From: Candidatus Baldrarchaeum yapensis
GTDB lineage: Archaea; Asgardarchaeota; Baldrarchaeia; Baldrarchaeales; Baldrarchaeaceae
Assembly (NCBI GenBank): GCA_016840465.1
Contig: JAEOSH010000011.1
Span: 18,118-50,117 of the forward strand
Direction: 5' to 3'
DNA: 32,000 nt
Below the pieces are notes generated by a model. That model saw nothing but the letters and a program-made list of their open reading frames with translations, was not told where the DNA came from and searched no databases. The translations under genes were made by a program, and so were the position numbers. Each line of letters begins with the position of its first letter. Within the stretch, counting starts at the first letter, position 1. Positions 1 through 8,151 of the stretch are shown one piece after another.

Positions 1-436
1 ACACCTTGGGATTCAATGTGGGTTCATCGATAGGGGATGCTGCAAGAGCAATTACCATCTTTGCTCCCATACTCACAACCGTTCTTGCCACGAAGTCGGA
101 TAACATGTTCATTCCTATTACTGACGTTGGTTGCCACTCCCCACTGATAAATATGAAATCATTTTCAAGTTTATCATTCTTCCAGACATAAATTCCGCAG
201 GCGGGCGCTAAAAGCCTACCTTCCAAGGTGACCTTGACGTTTGGTGGGAAATCCGCAGAATATATTTCTGCAACTTTGACGGCATTTGTATTTTTTATCA
301 AAAAATCAACTGCTGTTTTTCCAGCAAGGGCGATGCCGGGCATCCCTTGTATACACACTGGGTTCTTTAATTTCAGCGAATCAAGTTGTGTGAGTTCTCT
401 CATCTGCACCTCTAAAAGTACGCTTTTCTCCTCCAT
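1..436 (-). CDS. PAC2-family proteasome assembly chaperone (truncated by the window edge)
   Basis: Not in the ORF track. Manual translation from ATG at 436: MEEKSVLLEVQMRELTQLDSLKLKNPVCIQGMPGIALAGKTAVDFLIK...DFIFISGEWQP. The NP..I.GMPG...GK motif and the G..QP motif are typical of PAC2, and it resembles the 25729-26508 paralog. Confidence 0.85.
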   Translation of the reverse strand, partial: MEEKSVLLEVQMRELTQLDSLKLKNPVCIQGMPGIALAGKTAVDFLIKNTNAVKVAEIYSADFPPNVKVTLEGRLLAPACGIYVWKNDKLENDFIFISGEWQPTSVIGMNMLSDFVARTVVSMGAKMVIALAASPIDEPTLNPKV

Positions 437-726
437 CTGATGACACCATATAGAAGATTAAACACGTAACTTAAAATACTTGCTCATGAGGATAAGTTCT
501 CTAAAAGCACCGAACATAAATTATGTGACTTGATCTTATCACGGTAACCGAAATCTTCTATGCGTCGTTGCGATGATGTACACGTTTCTTAAACTTTCCT
601 CGTTGCTCTAATTCTTCCTATTAAGTGAGTTTACATTTCGGAATTACCCATGAAACCAACAATATGCGGTTCAGAATTTTAAGACAAAAATTACACTTAT
701 AGGGTAATTTGCGTTTTGAAAAATAT

Positions 727-787
727 GGCGATGATGAAAATTCCTTTAGCGTACGGTACGGATGAAGACCGACAGGCGGTCTGAGCC
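727..787 (+). ncRNA. Box C/D methylation guide sRNA (double guide)
   Basis: Terminal stem GGC(727-729)/GCC(785-787); C box ATGATGA 731-737; degenerate D' CGTA 750-753; C' ATGAAGA 762-768; D box CTGA 781-784. Both 11-12 nt guides are antisense to conserved SSU rRNA motifs. Confidence 0.72.
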
Positions 788-815
788 AACTCTACCCACT
801 AAAGGGTGAGATGTT

Positions 816-1196
816 TTGTCGACAGAAATAGAGAGGGCGAGACAACTGCTACAAAATTTGGTTTCAACATCACCGAACATCGAAATTTGCACTCTGATAT
901 CAAGTCAAGGACTGCCCATGATCACAATCGGAAGTTCTCAAGTCGATGACCGCGTTATTGCCGTAACGACACTCACTCTTTTCTCTGTGGCCAGAAAGGC
1001 GTTAAATGAGTTGAAGAGGGGCGATATTAAGAAGATGTTGATAGAGGGAGAGAATGAGTATGTTATATTAGCAAGTATTAATAATCAGGGCTTCCTTGTG
1101 GCAATTACTAGGAGCAAGAACGTAAACTTGGGACTTATACTCATGAGCATGTCCCGGGCGGTTGAGGAGTTGACCAAAATACTGACTGCCAAATAG
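816..1196 (+). CDS. Roadblock/LC7 (MglB-like) domain protein
   Basis: 126 aa with the roadblock pattern (LISSQGLPMI..., ELKRGDIKKMLIEGENEYVIL, NLGLILMSM). TTG start after GGGTGA. Confidence 0.88.
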   Translation: MSTEIERARQLLQNLVSTSPNIEICTLISSQGLPMITIGSSQVDDRVIAVTTLTLFSVARKALNELKRGDIKKMLIEGENEYVILASINNQGFLVAITRSKNVNLGLILMSMSRAVEELTKILTAK

Positions 1197-1253
1197 CGTT
1201 ACCTTTACATATATTAGTAACAATGTTGCTCGGCGGAAAAAGGAGGTGCGCCT

Positions 1254-2624
1254 GTGTCTCAGGGCTTTTTGATACACCCTATAGATTACAGATATGGAAC
1301 CCCAGAAATGAAAAAAATATTCGATAGAAGAAGTTGGCTTCAGAAGATGTTGGAAGTAGAGGCGGCGTTAGCACGCGCACATGCTGAAGTTGGAAATATT
1401 CCGAAAGAGGCGGCGGATGAAATTTCTAAGAAGGCATCCCTCGAGTTTGTAAAGTTAGAGAGGGTTAATGATATAGAGGCCGTTATTAAACATGAAACTA
1501 TGGCAGTTGTCAAGGCATTTGCAGAGGCTTGTGGGGAGTACGGAAAGTATATTCACTTAGGCGCAACAAGTTCCGACATTTTAGACACCGTCTTGGCATT
1601 ACAGCTTAAAGAGGCCATAGATCTGGTGGAAAAAAGGCTCATAGAATTATGCAAGATTCTTGTGAGTCTTGCTGAGGAACACAAGGATACTATTTGTGTC
1701 GGAAGAACACACGGACAACACGCACTACCTTACACTTTGGGGCACAAATTTGCGGTATGGGCCTATGAGGTCAAACTACATATAGAGAGGCTTAGAGAAT
1801 GCAGGAAGCGTGTATGCGTTGGTAAAATGAGCGGTGCAGTTGGCACATATGCCGGATTTGGCAAGCATGCGAAACTTATCGAAAAACTCACTATGGAGTA
1901 TCTGGGAATAAAACCCGCGGAGATTTCGACGCAGATAGTGCCTCGTGATAGACTTGCGGAGCTTCTATGCCTCCTTGCGCTGATTTCCAGTTCTCTTGAC
2001 AAATTTGCAAGAGAGATTAGGAACTTGCAGAGGACGGAGATAAGGGAATTGGAGGAGCCTTTTGCAGAGGAAACACAAGTCGGTTCGAGTACCATGAGTC
2101 ACAAGAGGAATCCCATAAATTGTGAGAGGGTTTGTGCGCTCGCGAAGGTCTTAAGAGGCATTGCCGTTGCGGCGCTTGAAAATGTGGTCTTGGAACATGA
2201 ACGGGATCTCACAAACAGTGCGTGCGAGAGAGCAATAATTCCGGAAGCGTTTGTTCTACTAGACGAGCAACTAGTTACAATGATTAAAGTTTTTCGGGGG
2301 CTCAGAATTTATCCAGAAAATATGGAGAGAAATCTGCATCTGACGAAGGGGCTCATACTTTCCGAGAATGTGATGCTTAGACTAGCAGAGAAAGGAATAG
2401 GACGCCAAGAGGCTCACGAAATTGTTAGAAGATGCGCGATGAAAGTTTATTCCACCGGAAAAACGTTTGCCGAGGTGCTTAAGAAAGACCCTGTTGTGAG
2501 AAAACACCTATCAGAGGATGAAATAGACGAGCTACTCAATCCCTACAATTACATAGGCATCGCATCGGAGAAGGTGGTAGAGGTCACGAATGAAATTAAA
2601 GAATTCCTGAGAAATCTCGAATAA
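1254..2624 (+). CDS. purB: Adenylosuccinate lyase
   Basis: HLGATSSD, GRTHGQHA, GSSTMSHKRNP (fumarate-lyase signature), HERDLTNS. SD-like AGGAGGTG upstream. Confidence 0.97.
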   Translation: MSQGFLIHPIDYRYGTPEMKKIFDRRSWLQKMLEVEAALARAHAEVGNIPKEAADEISKKASLEFVKLERVNDIEAVIKHETMAVVKAFAEACGEYGKYIHLGATSSDILDTVLALQLKEAIDLVEKRLIELCKILVSLAEEHKDTICVGRTHGQHALPYTLGHKFAVWAYEVKLHIERLRECRKRVCVGKMSGAVGTYAGFGKHAKLIEKLTMEYLGIKPAEISTQIVPRDRLAELLCLLALISSSLDKFAREIRNLQRTEIRELEEPFAEETQVGSSTMSHKRNPINCERVCALAKVLRGIAVAALENVVLEHERDLTNSACERAIIPEAFVLLDEQLVTMIKVFRGLRIYPENMERNLHLTKGLILSENVMLRLAEKGIGRQEAHEIVRRCAMKVYSTGKTFAEVLKKDPVVRKHLSEDEIDELLNPYNYIGIASEKVVEVTNEIKEFLRNLE

Positions 2625-2626
2625 CG

Positions 2627-4855
2627 TTACGTGCTAAAATCGAATATCGTAGTTTGCTTGATGATTTTTCTTCTTTCCTTTGGAACCTCCTCGGTTATCT
2701 GCTCACCACCTATTTGTTCTCTTATCTTCTTTATCGTTTCAGGGCCTATTCCAGGAACCATCAGAAGATCACTATTTCTTGCCCTTCTCAGGTCTTCTAT
2801 ACTCTTATATCCATAATTATACAATGCCCTCGCCTTGATACGCCCTATTCCCTTAAGCGATACGAGTTCAAGAAGTTCCTCTTTAACTCCATGTTTCACC
2901 CGTAACTCTAACCTTTCTAATTCTTTAACGCGATCTTTAAGTTCGAAGAGCCTTGCTATCTCCTTTGCGGCATATACGAGCCAACCAGCCGTTTCAGCGT
3001 ATCTTAAGAGATCGCCGGAGCCTAAATTATATTTATCAAGTATTTCGTCCTCGCTTTTCTCATTTATCCAGTCATATATCATCAGAGCGGTTTTCAGCGA
3101 TGCCAGATACTCTTCAAACTCCCACGGGTTAAAATCTGGATCTGGGCTTTTTATGAGGAGTTCGTCTTCCTTTTCGTATAGGACTTCCATCAGAACCTCA
3201 TAGTCCCGCTTACTTATGTGTAGTTTAGGCATATCTGGTGTGTAACTTATTAGATGTAGGTATGCAAGTTCATCTACATGCCCGCCGTCAATGGGCAGAT
3301 GCTTTCTTATTATAATAGCGCTCATGGGGTCGATATAAAGTTCGGATACCCGCTTTCCAAATAGCGTTGGCAGAAAGAATCTCTCCCTCTGCTCTATGAG
3401 CCCCTCCCCTGTTAAAAACATAAGAGTATCTCTAATATCGTTTAGAATAGTATCTGCTTTAAATCTGTACCCCCAGAAGGTTTTTCCTAAGAATTTTATT
3501 ATCAGCCCCTCGGTGTTTGCATAACCGGTTGCTATCATCGCGAGGAGATGAAACCTGAGGGCTGATGGTGTTGCCAGCTTCGAAGTTATCTCCTCCGGCT
3601 CTCCGAACACGTACCTCTCAAACAGGTATCTCCTTTCCTCCTCGCTCTTAGCTATGAGAATCGCCTCTCCCAAGTCGTCATACTTGGGTCTTCCGGCCCT
3701 TCCCGCCTGCTGCTTATATTCGAGTACCGGCAATTCTTCGTAGCCGTATTCCGGGCTGTATCTGTGGTGATCTCTTATAATTACCCTCCTAGCGGGAAGA
3801 TTCACTCCCGCTGCAAGTGTGGGTGTTGCACAAACGACCTTTATTAGGTTTTCGCGAAAACTTCTCTCAATAATCTTCCTATGCTCATACCTCAGCCCGG
3901 CGTGATGGTATGCTACGCCGTGCTCTATCAACTCGGATAATCTTTTGCTTTGCTTTGTGGTCTCGCCATGTTTTAATATTTCATTCGCCAATCTTTTCAA
4001 CTGCTCTTTCTCACGATTATTGAGGTATTTGTTAAGGTATCTTGCAATTCTTGCCGATAATGCTACTGTGGATTTTCTGGTAGACAGAAATACGAGGGCT
4101 TGTCCTCCGTTGTTGAGCGTATCGAGCACTATATTAACTGCGGGATCACTGTCGACTATTGGTATCGTCACATACGTTCCATCGTTGAATTCTATCTCTC
4201 CTCTGAAGTACACGCCCTCTCTTAGGTATACTGGTCGCCAGTTGCTCAGTATTAGTTCTGCGTTCAGCCATTCGGCAATTTCTTGAGCGTTCTTGATTGT
4301 AGCACTTAGTGCAAGAACTTGAGCATCAGGTCTCATCTGCATTAATCTTGCAAGAACAACCTCCAACGTGGGGCCACGTTTTTGATCCGTAATCAAGTGT
4401 ATTTCATCCGCAACTATGACCTTAACGTCCTTTAGCCACTTTGCATGATGGCGAATCAGCGAATCCGCTTTCTCGTTTGTAGTAACAATGATATTATAAT
4501 TCTCAAGCCAAGGGTCGGATGAATCATAGTCTCCAGTCGATAATGCGACTCTTAAGTCTATTTTCTCGTATTTAGAAAATTCTTCGTACTTCTCATTTGC
4601 AAGAGCCCTCAATGGAACCATATAGAGGGCCTTGCCGCCCTCCTCAAATATTTTCTTCAGAATTGCGAGTTCTGCCACAAGTGTTTTTCCTGAGGCTGTT
4701 GGAGCAGAAATAACAACATTTCTTCCCTTGAGGACTCCTTTCTTGACAGCTTCCTCCTGTGGCGGAAAGAGTTCAGTGATTCCTTCGGATATGAGCAGAT
4801 TCTTTGCTCGCTCCGGTATGTCAAGTTGCTCTATTTTAATGTCAAAACCCTCCAC
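2627..4855 (-). CDS. hel308: Ski2-like SF2 DNA helicase Hel308/Hjm
   Basis: APTASGKT, DEIH, LSAT, HHAGL, TLAAGVNLPA, AGRAGRP, C-terminal HhH repeats. The likely start is GTG 4855, just after the mcm stop (the ORF extends to 4894). Confidence 0.95.
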   Translation of the reverse strand: MEGFDIKIEQLDIPERAKNLLISEGITELFPPQEEAVKKGVLKGRNVVISAPTASGKTLVAELAILKKIFEEGGKALYMVPLRALANEKYEEFSKYEKIDLRVALSTGDYDSSDPWLENYNIIVTTNEKADSLIRHHAKWLKDVKVIVADEIHLITDQKRGPTLEVVLARLMQMRPDAQVLALSATIKNAQEIAEWLNAELILSNWRPVYLREGVYFRGEIEFNDGTYVTIPIVDSDPAVNIVLDTLNNGGQALVFLSTRKSTVALSARIARYLNKYLNNREKEQLKRLANEILKHGETTKQSKRLSELIEHGVAYHHAGLRYEHRKIIERSFRENLIKVVCATPTLAAGVNLPARRVIIRDHHRYSPEYGYEELPVLEYKQQAGRAGRPKYDDLGEAILIAKSEEERRYLFERYVFGEPEEITSKLATPSALRFHLLAMIATGYANTEGLIIKFLGKTFWGYRFKADTILNDIRDTLMFLTGEGLIEQRERFFLPTLFGKRVSELYIDPMSAIIIRKHLPIDGGHVDELAYLHLISYTPDMPKLHISKRDYEVLMEVLYEKEDELLIKSPDPDFNPWEFEEYLASLKTALMIYDWINEKSEDEILDKYNLGSGDLLRYAETAGWLVYAAKEIARLFELKDRVKELERLELRVKHGVKEELLELVSLKGIGRIKARALYNYGYKSIEDLRRARNSDLLMVPGIGPETIKKIREQIGGEQITEEVPKERRKIIKQTTIFDFST
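2636..2656 (-). other. C-terminal PCNA-interacting (PIP-box-like) motif of Hel308
   Basis: Terminal KQTTIFDFST matches the archaeal Q-x-T-(L/I)-x-x-F PIP pattern. Confidence 0.7.
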
Positions 4856-4856
4856 A

Positions 4857-6905
4857 TTAGGAGACCTTCTTGACGTATCCCTGTTTTGGCTCAAATATCA
4901 ATCCGTCCCTACGCAATTTATCAATTGCTTCCTTCACAAATTCCTCGCTTATTCCCTCGCTTTTCGCCCGTTCGATGACTCTTTCTATCGGAACCGCTCT
5001 TCCGAGTTCCATTTCAAGTTCCTCTATTATATCGAGAACTCTGGAGAGTCTGTCACGTTGCGAGCGGCTGTGTCCTGTCATAATCAGGTCTATGTCAATC
5101 TGTCCGGTTTCTTGGTCGTATCCCACCTGCTTCAGCGATGCCATCATTAACCTTATTGCCTCTTCCGCATCCTCAACTGTTACTTTATCACGCAATGCCA
5201 TCTTTGCATGGGCCTCTGCAAGCCTTATCAGCGACTCTAGTTGCCTAGGTGTGATCGCAACCGGCGAGTTTACCCCTTCACTCATCTTCCTTAGTTCTAG
5301 ATAGAATTGCTCTATCCTCTCTGCTGCTTCCTTTGTCAGCACTGGTTTTATGTGCTTCCTTGCGTACAGTATATATTTCTTTAACAGGTCCGGAGGTATT
5401 GGCGGTTTTTCTCCTTCCTCCATGTGGAGAGCGAGGATATGCTCAACCATTTGTTTGTCCCGTTCGATGGATGGTCTGTCTGTGAGAATGAATATCAAAT
5501 CGAATCGTGATAGAAGTGTAACCGGGAGGTCTATGTTGTCCGCTACGGATCTATAAGGATCATAACGTCCGAGTTTCGGGTTAGCGGCTGCCAAGATCGC
5601 GCATCTGGCGTTTAATGTCGCCACAATTCCTGCCTTTGCAATGCTTATAGTTTGTTGCTCCATTGCTTCGTGTAGTGCTACTCTATCCTTCTTCTCCATT
5701 TTGTCAAACTCGTCTATGCATACGACACCCATGTCCGCTAGAACTAAGGCACCCGCTTCTAGTGCGAGACCTCCTGTCTCACTATCCTTTATGACTGCAG
5801 CCGTCAAACCCGCGGCGGTCGTTCCCTTGCCCGATGTGTATATTCCTCGTGGCGCGATCGTTGCAACGTATTTGAGCAGTTGACTTTTTGCGGTTCCGGG
5901 ATCACCTATCAACAAAATGTTGCTGTCTCCTCTGATCCTAGTTCCGTCGGGTAAAGTTTTTGGCACTCCTCCAAAAAGCATGAGGGCTATTGCCTTCTTG
6001 ACATCCTCATATCCGTATATTGACGGGGCTATTGATCTAACGATTTTCTTATGTATCCACGGATCCTTTGCGAGTTCAAGTATCTTCTTCTCGTCTTCTG
6101 GCGTTATTTCCATCTCTTCTAGTTCCTTCTCCTGTATCTCTATGTTGTTAACATCAAGATACATCTTAAAGGTCGATGTTCTCCTCCTCTGCGAAGTTTC
6201 GGGCGCTATTCTTAAGATGCCTATTAGTGTCACTCTGTCACCTGGTCTCGCCTTATCGACAAGGTCATCGAGAAGGTACGCGTCGAGAAATCGTGGAAGT
6301 TGCCCTGGCGGGAGATCCTCGGGGCGCTCCTGTATTCTTATTTTCTGCCAGTCTATGAATTTCGATTCCTCAACTATCAAGCGGAAGGAACCTTTAGATT
6401 TGCAGGAAGGGCACTTATCAGGCGTCACCATTTTTCCGATTTCGTTCTGCTCCACTATTACTCGCTCACCGCACTTACATTCGAAACACCCCCTGACGAG
6501 GAGAGGGCGTATTTCACTGGCTCTCGTCAGAATACCATCTATTGCAACGAGTTTCCCGGCATGCTCAGATCTGATCCCTCTGAGCAGTATCTTTTCGGGA
6601 ATGTGTGAAAACCTCGCATAGAAGTTCTCGTATTGTTGAGCGTAATCCGGGTCTTCTATCATCAGCACGTTTTTCACGGCTTTGGAGGCCGCACTTATTC
6701 CCTCGTCTGGATTTAATAGGAGCCAATCCGATAACTTAGGGTCGAATGTACAGAGGTCTTCGAAGTTTATGATCACTGACTTTCCACCAGTTAGCGATAG
6801 CCTACGGATTGCCTCTCTATACTTGTACACTCCCTCCTCGCTAACATAATTTTTCAGAAAGTCCTCGAATCTCCCTATCGGATCGAAGACTTCGTCTACT
6901 TCCAT
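4857..6905 (-). CDS. mcm: Replicative MCM helicase (intein-free)
   Basis: Zn finger CKC...CPSC, GDPGTAKSQ (Walker A), IDEFDKM (Walker B), LLSRFD arginine finger, C-terminal winged helix; 682 aa. Confidence 0.98.
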   Translation of the reverse strand: MEVDEVFDPIGRFEDFLKNYVSEEGVYKYREAIRRLSLTGGKSVIINFEDLCTFDPKLSDWLLLNPDEGISAASKAVKNVLMIEDPDYAQQYENFYARFSHIPEKILLRGIRSEHAGKLVAIDGILTRASEIRPLLVRGCFECKCGERVIVEQNEIGKMVTPDKCPSCKSKGSFRLIVEESKFIDWQKIRIQERPEDLPPGQLPRFLDAYLLDDLVDKARPGDRVTLIGILRIAPETSQRRRTSTFKMYLDVNNIEIQEKELEEMEITPEDEKKILELAKDPWIHKKIVRSIAPSIYGYEDVKKAIALMLFGGVPKTLPDGTRIRGDSNILLIGDPGTAKSQLLKYVATIAPRGIYTSGKGTTAAGLTAAVIKDSETGGLALEAGALVLADMGVVCIDEFDKMEKKDRVALHEAMEQQTISIAKAGIVATLNARCAILAAANPKLGRYDPYRSVADNIDLPVTLLSRFDLIFILTDRPSIERDKQMVEHILALHMEEGEKPPIPPDLLKKYILYARKHIKPVLTKEAAERIEQFYLELRKMSEGVNSPVAITPRQLESLIRLAEAHAKMALRDKVTVEDAEEAIRLMMASLKQVGYDQETGQIDIDLIMTGHSRSQRDRLSRVLDIIEELEMELGRAVPIERVIERAKSEGISEEFVKEAIDKLRRDGLIFEPKQGYVKKVS

Positions 6906-6906
6906 G

Positions 6907-7467
6907 CTACTTCCGCCCCTCCCCTGTTATTTCTTCAATCCACGTCCTTATGATACCTGATAATTTCTCGTACAGTACTTTTTCCTCCTGAGAAAGAGCG
7001 TTCAACTCGGACGGTCTTGGGTTCTGTAATGCAAGTTTTATTATCTTGTTAAGTCGCGCGATCATTATATCTCTCAAGAAGGTTGCAAGTCTTTCAGATT
7101 CACCAGCTGCATGTGGACTTTCTCTTTCACTGGCTTTCATGCTTTCCATTTGCTCGCGCACCGTCAGGTAGAACATCTCTGGAAGTGGGTTTATTCCCGG
7201 CTTCCCTATCTCGGCCCTGAGAATCTTATATAGGTCCACAGATGTAAATTTATCGAGACCCTCTTCTATCCTTGCAATACCCTCTTGAGAGAGTATCTTT
7301 GCAAGCCATAGGTACATTTCGACGGTGTCACCTTTTTTGAATGGACCGATTTTATCCTCTCCGAGGTCGATTTCGGGGAAATCCCTTAGAAACATAACCT
7401 TGACCTTCTTGTGCAAGAACTCGAAGGCCAACCTTCTGAGAGCGGCACGCTCATCGGCTAATATCAT
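6907..7467 (-). CDS. gins23: GINS complex subunit Gins23 (Psf2/Psf3-like)
   Basis: N-terminal beta (B) domain KVKVMFLRDFPEI...GPFKKGDTVEMYLWLAKIL followed by a helical A domain. Directly upstream of mcm. Confidence 0.85.
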   Translation of the reverse strand: MILADERAALRRLAFEFLHKKVKVMFLRDFPEIDLGEDKIGPFKKGDTVEMYLWLAKILSQEGIARIEEGLDKFTSVDLYKILRAEIGKPGINPLPEMFYLTVREQMESMKASERESPHAAGESERLATFLRDIMIARLNKIIKLALQNPRPSELNALSQEEKVLYEKLSGIIRTWIEEITGEGRK

Positions 7468-7623
7468 CGATCATCCCTTCAAACTTAGGCGTTCATGGTA
7501 TTTGAGGGTTGCCTATCATATACAATTTAGTACCAAGACTTTGAAGTCGTGACCAGTATTTTAAGTGGCGTGTGTATCTGGTATAATTGTCGATTTGAGC
7601 AGATTGATGGAGGGATCACAAGT

Positions 7624-8151
7624 ATGCCACTAATCCCCTTTAATGGTAGAAGGCCAAGAGTCGATGCGACCGCATACGTTTCGGATCGAGCAGTGCTTAT
7701 AGGAGACGTAATGGTTGGCAAGTACTCGAACATTTGGGAGTACGCCGTGTTAAGAGCAGATTTTGATAGAATAGAGATAGGACGTTACGTAAGTGTTCAG
7801 GATAATGTAACATTGCACGCAGCTACGGGGCATCCGACCGTTGTGGGAGATTACGTGGTTATAGGGCATAATGCTGTCGTCCACGCATGTAAGGTTGGTA
7901 ATTACGTATTAATCGGAATGGGAGCACGAGTGTGCACAGGAGCCATTATCGAGGATAACGTAATAATTGGCGCAGGGGCCGTTGTTCCAGAGGGCATGCG
8001 AGTGCCTTCAAACTCGCTGGTGGTAGGGATCCCAGCGAGAGTGGTCAGAGAACTGAAGGAAAGTGATATCAGGAGAATAGAAATCGGAGCCAAGATGTAC
8101 GCAGAGCTTGGTCAAAAATATAAAAGATTGCTCACACGGGAATCATTCTAG
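7624..8151 (+). CDS. Gamma carbonic anhydrase family (hexapeptide-repeat) protein
   Basis: LRADFDRIEIG, QDNVTLH, GHNAVVH (three metal His). Likely start ATG 7624. Confidence 0.92.
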   Translation: MPLIPFNGRRPRVDATAYVSDRAVLIGDVMVGKYSNIWEYAVLRADFDRIEIGRYVSVQDNVTLHAATGHPTVVGDYVVIGHNAVVHACKVGNYVLIGMGARVCTGAIIEDNVIIGAGAVVPEGMRVPSNSLVVGIPARVVRELKESDIRRIEIGAKMYAELGQKYKRLLTRESF

